From: an uncultured Candidatus Rokubacteria bacterium
GTDB lineage: Bacteria > Methylomirabilota > Methylomirabilia > Rokubacteriales > CSP1-6
NCBI GenBank assembly: GCA_963789955.1
Contig: CAWBMV010000023.1
Location: forward strand, 1-39,956
Reading direction: 5' to 3'
Length of the DNA stretch: 39,956 nucleotides
A program made the position numbers and the translations under genes. Shown piece after piece: positions 11,937-22,058 of this stretch (the first letter of the stretch is position 1; every line of letters starts with the position of its first letter). The notes beneath the pieces were generated by a model. It made no database searches, was not told where the DNA came from, and worked only from the letters and a program-made list of their open reading frames with translations.

Positions 11937-12112
11937 GCGCCGGGGCCGAGGGCGGGTCGGGGGACGGTGAGGGGTGCGGCGACCACGCGGCACGCGCGCG
12001 CCGGACCCGGCGCGGCTGGGCTCCATCCCGGCGCGGCTCTTCCGACGTTCGCAAGGAGGGAACGGGTCGGCGCACCCCTCACCGTCCCCCGACCCGCCCT
12101 CGGCCCCGACGC
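11937..12112 (+). repeat. Long-stem/80-nt-core intergenic element, copy A
   Basis: 48-bp arms 11937-11984 and 12065-12112 (2 mismatches) enclosing an 80-nt core ACGCGGCACGCG...CGGCTGGGCTCCATCCCGGCGC...GGAGGGAACG. Confidence 0.9.
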
Positions 12113-12120
12113 CGTCATGC

Positions 12121-12183
12121 GTAGGACGACGGCGAATCTGCCGCAAGGGATATTCGGGCGGGTCGGAGCCACGCCGCGCCTAC
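12121..12183. repeat. Degenerate GTAG...CTAC REP-like inverted pair
   Basis: GTAGGACGACGGCG at 12121 versus CGCCGCGCCTAC ending at 12183; imperfect pairing. Confidence 0.35.
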
Positions 12184-12207
12184 AGCACGCCACCCTCGGT
12201 ATGAGCC

Positions 12208-12247
12208 GGTCGCTCGCTCCAATACAGTGGTCGCTCGCTCCAATACA
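12208..12247 (+). repeat. Direct tandem repeat GGTCGCTCGCTCCAATACA x2 (21-bp period)
   Basis: Identical 19-mers at 12208-12226 and 12229-12247, ending 3 nt before ATG 12251. Confidence 0.9.
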
Positions 12248-12250
12248 ACA

Positions 12251-13121
12251 ATGACGCAGGCGCTGTTCGGGCAGCTCCTGATCGGGCTGATCAACGGCGC
12301 GTTCTACGCTCTGTTGAGCCTGGGGCTCTCGGTCATCTTCGGATTGCTGAACATCATCAACTTCGCGCACGGCGCCCAGTACATGATGGGCGCGTTCGTC
12401 GCGTACTTCCTGCTTCAGTGGGTCGGGCTCGGCTACTGGTGGGCGCTGCTCATCGCGCCCATCGTCGTGGGCATCGTCGGCATCGTGCTCGAGCGCACGA
12501 TGCTCAAGCGCCTCTATCAGCCTCGACCACCTGTACGGGCTCTTGCTGACGTTCGGCTTCGCGCTGATCATCCAGGGCCTGTTCCGGAACCAGTACGGCT
12601 CGTCCGGGCTGCCCTACGCGATGCCCGCCGCAGCTCGCGGGCGGCCAGAACCTCGGCTTCATGTTCCTGCCCAACTATCGGGCGTGGGTCATCGTGTTCT
12701 CGCTCGCGGTCTGCCTCGCGACCTGGTACGTGATCGAGCGGACGCGGCTCGGCTCCTACCTGCGCGCGGCGACCGAGAACCCGGCGCTCGTGCAGGCGTT
12801 CGGGATCAACGTGCCGCGGATGATCACGCTGACCTACGGCTTCGGCGTGGGCCTGGCCGCGCTCGCCGGCGTGCTCGCGGCGCCGATCTACCAGGTGAAC
12901 CCGCTGATGGGCGCCGATCTCATCATCGTGGTCTTCGCGGTGGTCGTGATCGGCGGCCTCGGCTCGATCATGGGCTCGATCGTCACCGGCTTCGGCCTCG
13001 GCGTCGTCGAGGGCTTCACGAAGGTCTTCTACCCCGAGGCGTCCAACACCGTGATCTTCGTGATCATGGCTGTCGTGCTGCTCGTGCGGCCCGCCGGGCT
13101 CTTCGGTCGAGCGCGTCGTGA
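12251..13121 (+). CDS. livH: Liv-type ABC permease LivH family (frameshifted in this sequence)
   Basis: QLLIGLINGAFYALLSLGLSVIFGLLNIINFAHG; later frames give TRLGSYLRAATEN, VIGGLGS, VRPAGLFG. Confidence 0.85.
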
Positions 13122-14111
13122 CTCGCGCACGAGCGAGTCAGTACGCCGGCGCGATCGTACCGCGACGGTCCCCGGCGATGCTCGACGGCGTCACGTCGTC
13201 GCCTTCGTGGTCATGGCGACGGTCCTCGTGGTCGGCGCCGTTCTTCGTCTACCCGGTGTTCCTCATGAAGGCGCTCTGCTTCGCGCTCTTCGCCTGCGCC
13301 TTCAACCTGCTCATCGGCTACGTCGGGCTCCTGTCGTTCGGCCACGCGGCCTTCCTCGGCTCGGCCGGCTACGCGACCGCGCACGCCGCGAAGGTGTGGG
13401 GCTGTCCGCCGGAGCTGGCGATCCTCTTCGGGACCGCGGTGGCGGCCGGCGCTCGGCGTCGTCATCGGCGCGCTCGCGATCCGGAGCCAGGGCATCTACT
13501 TCGCGAACATCACGCTGGCGTTCGCGCAGATGGTCTTCTTCTTCTGCGCTGCAGGCGACGTTCACCGGCGGCGAGGACGGCATCCAGGCGGTCCCGCGCG
13601 GGACGCTCCTCGGCGTGCTCGATCTCCGGCAGACGCTGACGCATGTACTTCGTCGTGCTCGCGATCTTCCTGCTCGGCTTCCTCTCGATCTACCGCGCGA
13701 TCCACTCGCCGTTCGGCCAGGTCCTGAAGGCCATCCGCGAGAACGAGCCGCGCGCGATCTCGCTCGGCTACCGCGCCGAGCAGTACAAGCTGCTCGCGTT
13801 CGTGCTCTCGGCGACGCTCTGCCGGGCCTCGCCGGCGGCGACCAAGGCCATCGTCTTCCAGCTCGCGTCGCTCACCGACGTGCACTGGACGATGTCGGGC
13901 GAGGTCGTGCTCATGACGCTGCTCGGCGGCCTCGGCACGGTCTTCGGCCCGGTGGTCGGGCGCCTTCATCATGATCACGCTCGAGAACTACCTGGCGCAG
14001 CTCGGCGCGTGGGTCACCGTCGTCCAGGGCGTGATCTTCGTCGTCTGCGTGCTGACCTTCCGCCGCGGCGTGGTCGGCGAGCTCGGCCGCATTCTGCGGA
14101 AGCCGCTCTGA
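13118..14111 (+). CDS. livM: Liv-type ABC permease LivM family (several frameshifts)
   Basis: FNLLIGYVGLLSFGHAAF, FTGGEDG, SPFGQVLKAIRENEPRA, LLGGLGTVFGP spread over three frames; stop TGA 14109-14111. Confidence 0.83.
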
Positions 14112-14131
14112 GCACGTGAGCGGGAGGCCCC

Positions 14132-14934
14132 ATGACGTACACGCGACGTCCTCTACGAGAAGAAGGACGGCGTCGCCTGGATCACCATCAACCGTCCCGA
14201 GGTCCGCAACGCGTTCCGCACGACGCACCGTCGCACGAGCTGACCGACGCGTTCCTGGACGCGCGCTGGGACCCGCGCGATCGGCGTCGTCGTGCTCACC
14301 GGCGCCGGCGACAAGGCCTTCTGCTCCGGCGGCGACCAGAAGGAGCGCGGGCAGGGCGGCTACTCGGGCGCGGCGGCGCAGCGAGCAGGCCCGATGGACG
14401 TCGAAGCGCTGCACAGCGCGATCCGCCACATCCCGAAGCCGGTGATCGCGATGGTGAACGGCTTCGCGATCGGCGGCGGCCACGTGCTGCACGTGCTCTG
14501 CGATCTCTCGATCGCCGCCGAGACACGCGATCTTCGGCCAGACCGGGCCCGCGCGTCGGCAGCGTCGACGCCGGCCACGGCACCGGCTATCTCGCGCGCG
14601 TGGTCGGCGAGAAGAAGGCGCGCGAGATCTGGTACCTGTGCCGCCAGTACTCGCGCGCAGGACGCGCTCGCGATGGGCCTCGTCAACAAGGTGGTCCCGC
14701 TGAAGGAGCTGCGCGCCGAGGTCGAGCAGTGGTGCGCGCGAGCTGCTCGAGAAGAGCCCGACGGCGCTCGCGCTCGCCAAGCAGTCGTTCAACATCGACT
14801 CCGAGCCGCGCGCTGGCGTGGCGCAGTTCGCGAGCACCGCGCTCGACCTCTACTACCAGACCGACGAGGCGATGGAAGGACGCAACGCGTTCGTCGAGAA
14901 GCGGCCGGTCGATTTCAAGAAGTTCCGAAAATGA
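14132..14934 (+). CDS. MenB/BadI-type crotonase (2-ketocyclohexanecarboxyl-CoA hydrolase / naphthoate synthase-like), frameshifted
   Basis: Reassembled: [98 protein letters not shown]. Confidence 0.85.
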
Positions 14935-15072
14935 CAAAACTGGTAGGACGGGGCGGTCCGGTGTCGTCAGGCTGACACCCCGTCCGGCGCGGTCGAGTCG
15001 CGATAGACCGAGCTTTTTCAATGATCTAAGCGGCCTCCGCCACCTGGCAGGGGGATTGCCCCATCGAGGGAC

Positions 15073-15327
15073 ATGACGTGGCGAGAGATCATGTCCTTCG
15101 TGGTGATGCCGGCCGCGCTCGCGCTGGCCGCGGCTCTGGCGCTCGGCGCGGTCGTTGTGAGCGGCGAGGATTCCAAGGTGCGTCCGGCGGTTCTGGTCGG
15201 CGACGATCTGCTTCGCATCTTCCAGGAAGGCAAGGACGCCGCCGAGCAGGCGGACCCGCCCGAGATCAGTCTCGGCACCGCGTTCGACCCGCAGCAGCCG
15301 CAGCCGACTTCGACGGACTACCGATAG
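15073..15327 (+). CDS. Small hypothetical protein with N-terminal hydrophobic segment
   Basis: GAGGG RBS, ATG start, one TM/signal segment, GC3-rich codons; fills the intergenic gap. Confidence 0.55.
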   Translation: MTWREIMSFVVMPAALALAAALALGAVVVSGEDSKVRPAVLVGDDLLRIFQEGKDAAEQADPPEISLGTAFDPQQPQPTSTDYR

Positions 15328-15359
15328 CGTCCCGCTCGATGTAGACTGCCGCCCGGCAC

Positions 15360-16767
15360 ATGGCCGGGCTCCTCTCCCGCTACTTCGGCTTCAGAGAGCG
15401 ATCGACCGATCTCGCGACCGAGGTTCGCGCGGGCGTCACGACGTTCATGGTGATGGCCTACATCATCTTCGTGAACCCGATCATTCTCGGCTTCACCGGC
15501 GTCCCGGGCCTCGAGGGCAAGGGACTTCCGTTCGCGGCGACGCTGACCGTGACGTGTCTCACGGCGGGCTTGCTCTCGATCGCGATGGGGCTGTCGAGCA
15601 ACTATCCGTTCGCGCTCGCCGCCGGGATGGGGCTCAACGCGGTCGTCGCGTTCGAGCTGGTCGCCGGCCGCGGGCTCACGTGGCCGCAGGCGATGACGGT
15701 GGTCTTCCTCGAGGGCCTCGTCATCACGGTGCTCGTGCTGACGCGCTTCCGCGAGGCGCTGATGGACGCCGTGCCGATCGCGCTCAAGCGCGCGATCAGC
15801 GTCGGCATCGGCCTCTTCATCGCCTTCATCGGCTTCTTCACCTCGGGCTTCGTGGTGAAGCCCGCGGCGGGGCCGCTGCCCGTCGGGCTCGGGACGTTGC
15901 GGGGGCTGCCGATCGCGGTCTTCCTCATCGGCTTCGTGCTGACGGCGTGGCTGATGGCGCGCCGGCGCGTGGGGCGCTGCTCCTCGGCATCCTGCGCGAC
16001 GACGATCATCGCGATCGTGCTCAACGGGCTCTTCGCCGGCTGGCAAGGGCTTCGCGACGCCGGGCGCGGCGCAGATCCCGTCGGCGCATCGTCCAGGCGC
16101 CGGACTTCTCGACGTTCGGCCGTCTCGACTTCGGGCTCTTCGCGAAGCTCGGGGTCGCTCGGCGGCGATCCTCGCGATCTTCTCGATCATGCTGAGCGAC
16201 TTCTTCGACACCATGGGCACGATCATCGGCGTGGGCGGAAGCGGCGGCTTCCTCGACCACCGCGGTCAGCTGCCGCGCGTCGAATCGCGTGCTGCTCGTC
16301 GATTCGATCGGCGCGATGTTCGGCGGCCTCGCGAACGCCAGCAGCAACACGACCTACATCGAGAGCGCGGCCGGCGTGGCCGAGGGCGGGCGCCGGACCG
16401 GCCTCGCGTCCGTCGTGACCGGACGTGCTGTTCCTCGCTCGCGATGTTCTTCGCGCCGCTGGCCGGCGTCATCCCCGCCCAGGCGACCGCGCCGGCGCTG
16501 ATCATCGTCGGCTTCTACATGATGGCGATCGCGCGGGACATCGCGTGGGACGACGTACGAGGAGGCCATTCCCGCGTTCGTGACGATGCTGGTGATGCCG
16601 TTCACCTGGTCGATCACCAACGGCATCGGCGCGGGATTCGTCACGTACACCGCGATCAAGCTGCTTCGCGGGCGCGGCCACCAGTTGAGCTGGATGCTCT
16701 ACCTCGCGTGCGCGGCGTTCATCGTCTACTTCTGCCTGCCGCTGATCGAGGAGCGCGCGCCAAGTAG
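15360..16767 (+). CDS. NCS2/AzgA-family nucleobase permease (frameshifted)
   Basis: TEVRAGVTTFMVMAYIIFVNP, AAGMGLNA, DFFDTMGT, TTYIESAAGVAEGGRTG, MPFTWSITNGI. Confidence 0.9.
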
Positions 16768-16840
16768 GGGGAGCCGGCACGCGCGCGGCGTTCCACCAGG
16801 GGACACGCGTCGCGTAAGTGCTCGTTATCCCGGCAATTTC

Positions 16841-16869
16841 TTGACACAGCCGCCGCGCTTGGCTAGACT
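16841..16869 (+). promoter_or_regulatory. Sigma70-type promoter for the acyl-CoA synthetase/ABC operon
   Basis: TTGACA (16841-16846), 17-nt spacer, TAGACT (16864-16869), about 100 nt upstream of the GGAGG/TTG start. Confidence 0.7.
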
Positions 16870-16972
16870 CGCGCCACCAGGAGCGGGTCCGCGCGCCGGG
16901 CTCGAGCCGGCATCGGCCCGCTCGGATCTGCCCTCCCTCGAGGCAGTAACCTTGACTGATCGCGGAGGCGAC

Positions 16973-18926
16973 TTGAAGGCAGTCTCGCGACGCACGACAC
17001 GTTTCCCGAAGCTCGTGCGCGAGAACGCGCGAGCGCCTCCCCGACAAGGTCGCGATCCGCGAGAAGGATCTCGGCATCTGGCAGTCGTACACGTGGTCGC
17101 GAGTATTTCGAGCAGGCGCGCCTCATCGCGCTCGGCCTCGCGTCGCTCGGCTTCGCGCGCGGCGACCGCGTGGCGATCGTCGGCGACAACCGCCCGCAGC
17201 TCTACTGGGCGGTGATGGCGGCGCAGGCGCTCGGCGGCGTGCCCGTACCGATCTATCAGGACTCCATCGAGCGCGAGATGGAGTACATCGTCGAGCACGC
17301 CGAGGCGCGGTTCGCGATCGTCGAGGATCAGGAGCAGGTCGACAAGCTCCTGGACGTCCGGGCCCGCTGCCCGCCACCTCGCAGCACGTCGTCTACGACG
17401 ATCCGCGCGGCATGCGCGCCTACAGCGAGCCCGGGCCTCATGAGCCTGGCCGAGCTCGCCGAGCAGGGCCGGAAGTTCGAGGTGAGCCATCCCGGGCACT
17501 TCGACGCCGAGCTCGCCAAGGGCGCCGCCGACGACACCGCGATCATCTGCTACACCTCCGGGACCACCGGCGCGCCGAAGGGCGCGATGCTCTCGCATCG
17601 GAACCTGATCGTCACCGCGCGCAACGCGGCGACCTTCGAGGGGCTCGGCGAGGACGAAGAGAGTGCTCTCGTACCTGCCGATGGCGTGGGTGGGCGACCA
17701 CGTCTTCTCCTACGCGCAGTCGATCGTCACCGGGTTCACGATCAACTGTCCGGAGAGCGCGGCCACGGTGCTTCGCCGATCTGAAGGAGATCGGCCCGAC
17801 CTACTTCTTCGGGCCGCCGCGCATCTGGGAGAGCATCCTCACCAGCGTCATGGTCCGGGTCGAGGACTGCCGCCGGCCCAAGCGCACGCTGGTCCACTTC
17901 TTCCTGCGCCTGGCCCAGGACATCGAGCGCAAGCGCCTCGGCCGGCCAGCCGATCCCGCTCTGGCAGCGCCTCCTGTACCCGCTCGGCAGCCTGCTCGTC
18001 TACGGGCCGCTCAAGGACAATCTCGGCATGCTCGCGCGTGCGTCGCGCCTACACCGCGGGCGAGGCGATCGGCCCGGAGATCTTCCTGTTCTTCCGCGCG
18101 CTCGGCGATCAACGTCAAGCAGCTCTACGGGATGACCGAGGCCAGCGTGTTCGTGACGATCCAGCGGGACGGCGACGTGCGGCTCGATACGGTGGGCACG
18201 CCGATCACCGACGTCGAGATCCGGATCTCCGACACGGGCGAGGTGCTGTTCCGCAGCCCCGGCGTGTTCCAGGGCTACGCGAAGAACCCGGAGGCCACCC
18301 GGCAGACGCTCGAGGACGGCTGGATCCACTCGGGCGACGCCGGATTCCTCGACCGCGACGGCCATCTCGTGATCATCGATCGGGCCAAGGACGTGAGCCG
18401 GCTCGCGGACGGCACGATGTTCGCGCCCAAGTTCATCGAGAACAAGCTCAAGTTCTCGCCCTACGTTCGCGAGGCGGTGTGCATCGGCCAGGCCCGGCCG
18501 TGCGTGACCGCGTTCATCAACATCGATCTGGCGGCCGTCGGCAGCTGGGCGGAGCGGCGGAACATCGCGTACACGAGCTACGGCGATCTCGCGCAGAAGC
18601 CGGAGGTCTACGAGCTGATCCGCGGAGAAGTCGAGCGCGTGAACGCGAGCCTGGCCGAGGACGACGTCTTGCGCGGGGCACAGGTCAGGCGGTTCCTGAT
18701 CCTCCACAAGGAGCTCGACCCGGACGACGAGGAGATCACGCGCACCCGCAAGGTGCGGCGCGGGTACATCGCGCAGAAGTACGCGGCGCTCATCGACGCG
18801 CTCTACTCGGGACAGGATCGTGTGCAGGTCGAGGCGAAGGTGACCTACGAGGACGGCCGCACCGGCACCATGCGGGCGGACGTGGTGATCCGCGACGTCG
18901 GGGCGCCGGTTCCGGTGGCGCGGTGA
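16973..18926 (+). CDS. Long-chain acyl-CoA synthetase (AMP-binding), copy 1, several frameshifts
   Basis: AIREKDLGIWQ, YTSGTTGAPKG, YLPMAWVGD, KQLYGMTE, SGDAG, IIDRAKD, EITRTRKVRR; TTG start after GGAGG is tentative. Confidence 0.87.
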
Positions 18927-19709
18927 ACGAAGCCGGAGGGCCGCTGCTCGAGGTGGACGGCGTGAGCGTGCGGTTCGGCGCGCTGCTCGCGGTCCACCAG
19001 GTCAGCCTGAGCGTCCCGCAGCGGGAGATCGTGGCGATCATCGGACCCAACGGCGCCGGCAAGACCACCTTGCTCAACGCCGTGAGCGGGTTCTATCAGC
19101 CGTACGAGGGGCGGATCGCGTTCGAGGGACGCGATCGCACGCGCCTGTCACCGCCGGACGTGGCCGCGCTCGGCATCGCGCGCACGTTCCAGAACGTCGC
19201 CCTGTTCAAGGGCATGAGCGTGCTCGACAACATCATGACGGGCCGGCTCCTGAAGATGCGCGGAAGCTTCCTGACGCGAGGCGCTCTACTGGGGCCCGGC
19301 CAAGCGCCAGGAGCTCGAGCACCGGGCCGTCGTCGAGCGGATCATCGACTTCCTGGAGATCCAGGCGATTCGCAAGACGCCGGCGGGCCGCCTGCCGTAT
19401 GGCCTGCAGAAGCGGGTCGAGCTCGCCCGAGCGCTGGCCGCCGAGCCCAAGCTCCTGCTGCTCGACGAGCCGATGGCCGGGATGAACGTCGAGGAGAAGG
19501 AAGACATGTGCCGCTTCATCCTCGACGTCAATCAGGAGTTCGGCACGACGATCGTCCTCATCGAGCACGACATGGGCGTGGTCATGGACATCTCCGATCG
19601 CGTGGTGGTGCTCGACTACGGCCGCAAGATCGCCGACGGCCCGCCGGCTCGGGTGCGGAGCGACCAGGCGGTGCTCGACGCGTACCTGGGTGTCGCGCAT
19701 GAGTCTTGA
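18923..19709 (+). CDS. LivG-family ABC ATPase, module 1 (frameshift about 19275)
   Basis: GPNGAGKT, ARTFQN, LPYGLQKRVE, LLDEPMAGMN, IEHDM; GTGA overlap with the upstream gene. Confidence 0.88.
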
Positions 19710-19782
19710 TCGAAGGGGGCCTCGACGGCCCCCTCCGAGCCTCCCCCAGATCCGGATTGCGCCGGCAAAGCCGGCGCTCGAA
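19710..19782. repeat. Double-hairpin REP-like intergenic element (second family, single copy here)
   Basis: AGGGGGCC-TCGAC-GGCCCCCT hairpin, C-rich linker, then GCGCCGGC-AAA-GCCGGCGC (19759-19777). Confidence 0.55.
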
Positions 19783-19796
19783 CGCGGACAACACCG

Positions 19797-20735
19797 ATGG
19801 TAGAGCTCCTGTACGCGGTGGCGGTCGCGCCGTTCAAGGACATGGCGGGTGCGCCGGCGTTCCTCGTCGAGGTGCTGATCGGCGGGATCTTCGCCGGTCT
19901 CATGTACTCGCTGGTGGCGCTCGGTTTCGTGCTGATCTTCAAGGCGTCGGGAGTCTTCAACTTCGCGCAGGGTGTGATGGTGCTGTTCGCCGCGCTCACC
20001 CTGGTGGGCCTGCTGGAGCGCGGCGCGCCCGTCATCGTCGCGCTCGTGTTGACGACCGGCGTCATGGTGGCGCTGGCGTTCGCGATCGAGCGGCTCGTGC
20101 TGCGTCCGCTCGTCAACCAGGCGTACATCATCCTGTTCATGGCGACGATCGGCCTCAACTTCTTCCTCGAGGGCTTCGGCGAGATGTTGTGGGGCGCCAA
20201 CGTCAAGAAGCTCGACATCGGGATCCCGGATCGCTCGTTCATCGTCCGCGGCGTGCAGATCAACCAGCTCGAGCTGACGGCGGCGATCACCGCCGCCGTG
20301 CTGGTCACCGTGCTCGCCGTGTTCTTCCAGCGGACCCGCATCGGCCGCGCGCTCCGCGCTGTCGCCGACGACCACGAGGCGGCGCTCTCGATCGGTATCC
20401 CGCTCAAGACGATCTGGATCGTGGTGTGGTCGGTGGCGGGTGTCGTGGCGATGGTCGCCGGGCTGATGTGGGGCGCCAAGAGCGGCGTGCAGTTCAGCCT
20501 CTCGCTCATCGCGCTCAAGGCGCTGCCCGTGCTCATCCTGGGCGGCTTCGAGTCCGTGCCGGGTGCGATCGTCGGCGGGCTCATCATCGGCGTCGGCGAG
20601 AAGCTCGGCGAAGTCTACTGGGGCCCGCTGGTCGGCGGCGCCATCGAGAACTGGTTCGCCTACGTGCTCGCTTTGGGCTTTTTGCTGGCGCGGCCGCAGG
20701 GATTGTTCGGCGAAAAGATCATCGAGCGCGTATGA
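19797..20735 (+). CDS. LivH-family ABC permease, module 1
   Basis: YSLVALGFVLIFKASGVFNFAQG, TRIGRALRAVADD, ILGGFES, RPQGLFGEKIIERV. Confidence 0.92.
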   Translation: MVELLYAVAVAPFKDMAGAPAFLVEVLIGGIFAGLMYSLVALGFVLIFKASGVFNFAQGVMVLFAALTLVGLLERGAPVIVALVLTTGVMVALAFAIERLVLRPLVNQAYIILFMATIGLNFFLEGFGEMLWGANVKKLDIGIPDRSFIVRGVQINQLELTAAITAAVLVTVLAVFFQRTRIGRALRAVADDHEAALSIGIPLKTIWIVVWSVAGVVAMVAGLMWGAKSGVQFSLSLIALKALPVLILGGFESVPGAIVGGLIIGVGEKLGEVYWGPLVGGAIENWFAYVLALGFLLARPQGLFGEKIIERV

Positions 20736-20772
20736 CGTCCCTGAACGCTCTCACTCTCCGCTCGAGCCGGAA

Positions 20773-20919
20773 CGCCCCGCGGGGCCGGCCGGGCGGGGAT
20801 CTCCCCGGCGACCACGCTAACGAACACCCGTGGCGGCGACAGCTCCAGCGGTACGGTCCGGACATCCCTGACAACACGGGTCGCCGGGGAGATCCCCGCC
20901 CGGCCGACCCCGCGGGGCG
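20773..20919 (+). repeat. Long-stem intergenic element, copy B (divergent 65-nt core)
   Basis: 41-bp arms 20773-20813 and 20879-20919 (1 mismatch); same junctions GACC|ACGC...ACG|GGTC and an internal GCTCCA as in the 80-nt copies. Confidence 0.8.
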
Positions 20920-20961
20920 CCACAACGTGATCTCTAGGTGTCTTCACGGCGTGATTCGAGC

Positions 20962-22038
20962 GTGATTTATCGGGAGGCGGGGCAGTTCAAGACGTCGTAT
21001 GCGGCTGACCAGGCCGTGTTTCCGGTCGTGCAGGATCGCGTGGTCGTCGCCGCGGCGGTCGTGGCGGCGTTCGTCGTGCCGCCGCTCGTCGCCAGCGAAT
21101 ACTGGCTGCAGGCGGTGCTGATCCCCTTCCTGGTCTACGCGCTCGCGGCGATCGGGCTGAATCTCCTGACGGGCTACGCCGGCCAGCTTTCGCTCGGCAC
21201 CGGCGGCTTCATGGCCGTCGGCGCGTACGCGGCGTTCAAGCTGACGACGGCGTTCCCGCAGCTGAACATCATCGTCGTCTTCGTGCTCTCGGGGCTCGTG
21301 GCGGCCGCCGTCGGGCTGTTCTTCGGGATCCCGAGCCTCAGGATCAAGGGGTTCTATCTCGCGGTCGCCACCCTCGCCTCGCAGTTCTTCCTGATCTGGC
21401 TGTTCAACAAGGTCGCGTGGTTCACCAACTATGCGTCGTCGGGCACCATCACGGCGCCGGATCGAACGCTCTTCGGCGTCCTCGTCACCGGCCCGAACTC
21501 GACGGCGGCGGCGCGCTACCTGACTGCGCTCGGCCTCGTCGCCGTGTTCGCGGTCATCGCCAAGAACCTGGTGCGCGGGCGGGTCGGCCGCTCGTGGATG
21601 GCGATCCGCGACCGCGACATCGCCGCCGAGATCATCGGCGTGCGCCCGCTGCGCACGAAGCTTCTCGCGTTCGGGATCAGCTCGTTCTACTGCGGGGTCG
21701 CCGGCGCCGGGCTGGTGTTCCTCTACCTCGGCAGCGCCGAGACGCTCGCGTTCGACATCAGCATATCGTTTCTCGTGCTGTTCATGGTGATCATCGGCGG
21801 CCTCGGCAGCATCCTCGGCTCGTTCCTCGGCGCCGCGTTCATCGTGCTGATGCCGATCGTCCTCGCGAATGTGCCGCACGCCGTGGGGCTCCGGCTTCCG
21901 GTGGCGCTCCAGAAGCAGATCGAGCTGATGGTGTTCGGTGGACTGATCATCTTCTTCCTGATCGTCGAGCCGCGCGGCCTGGCGCGGCTCTGGCAAATCA
22001 CGAAAGAAAAGCTGCGACTGTGGCCGTTTCCCCACTAG
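20962..22038 (+). CDS. LivM-family ABC permease, module 1
   Basis: GTG start IYREAGQFKTSY; GLNLLTGYAGQLSLG, LRIKGFYLAVATLA, AIRDRDIAAE, LRLWPF. Confidence 0.92.
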   Translation: MIYREAGQFKTSYAADQAVFPVVQDRVVVAAAVVAAFVVPPLVASEYWLQAVLIPFLVYALAAIGLNLLTGYAGQLSLGTGGFMAVGAYAAFKLTTAFPQLNIIVVFVLSGLVAAAVGLFFGIPSLRIKGFYLAVATLASQFFLIWLFNKVAWFTNYASSGTITAPDRTLFGVLVTGPNSTAAARYLTALGLVAVFAVIAKNLVRGRVGRSWMAIRDRDIAAEIIGVRPLRTKLLAFGISSFYCGVAGAGLVFLYLGSAETLAFDISISFLVLFMVIIGGLGSILGSFLGAAFIVLMPIVLANVPHAVGLRLPVALQKQIELMVFGGLIIFFLIVEPRGLARLWQITKEKLRLWPFPH

Positions 22039-22058
22039 ATGCGCGAAAGGAGAGTGTC

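Noticed and set aside
14935..15359. Purine riboswitch or terminator upstream of the NCS2 permease
   Set aside because: No purine-aptamer consensus seen; the hairpin before the T-run near 15014 is too imperfect to call, and a small ORF lies between it and the permease.
17663..19702. 679-aa ORF joining synthetase and ATPase fragments
   Set aside because: Frameshift artefact: only the first ~37 aa and the VNEAGG...RGSF block are real protein.
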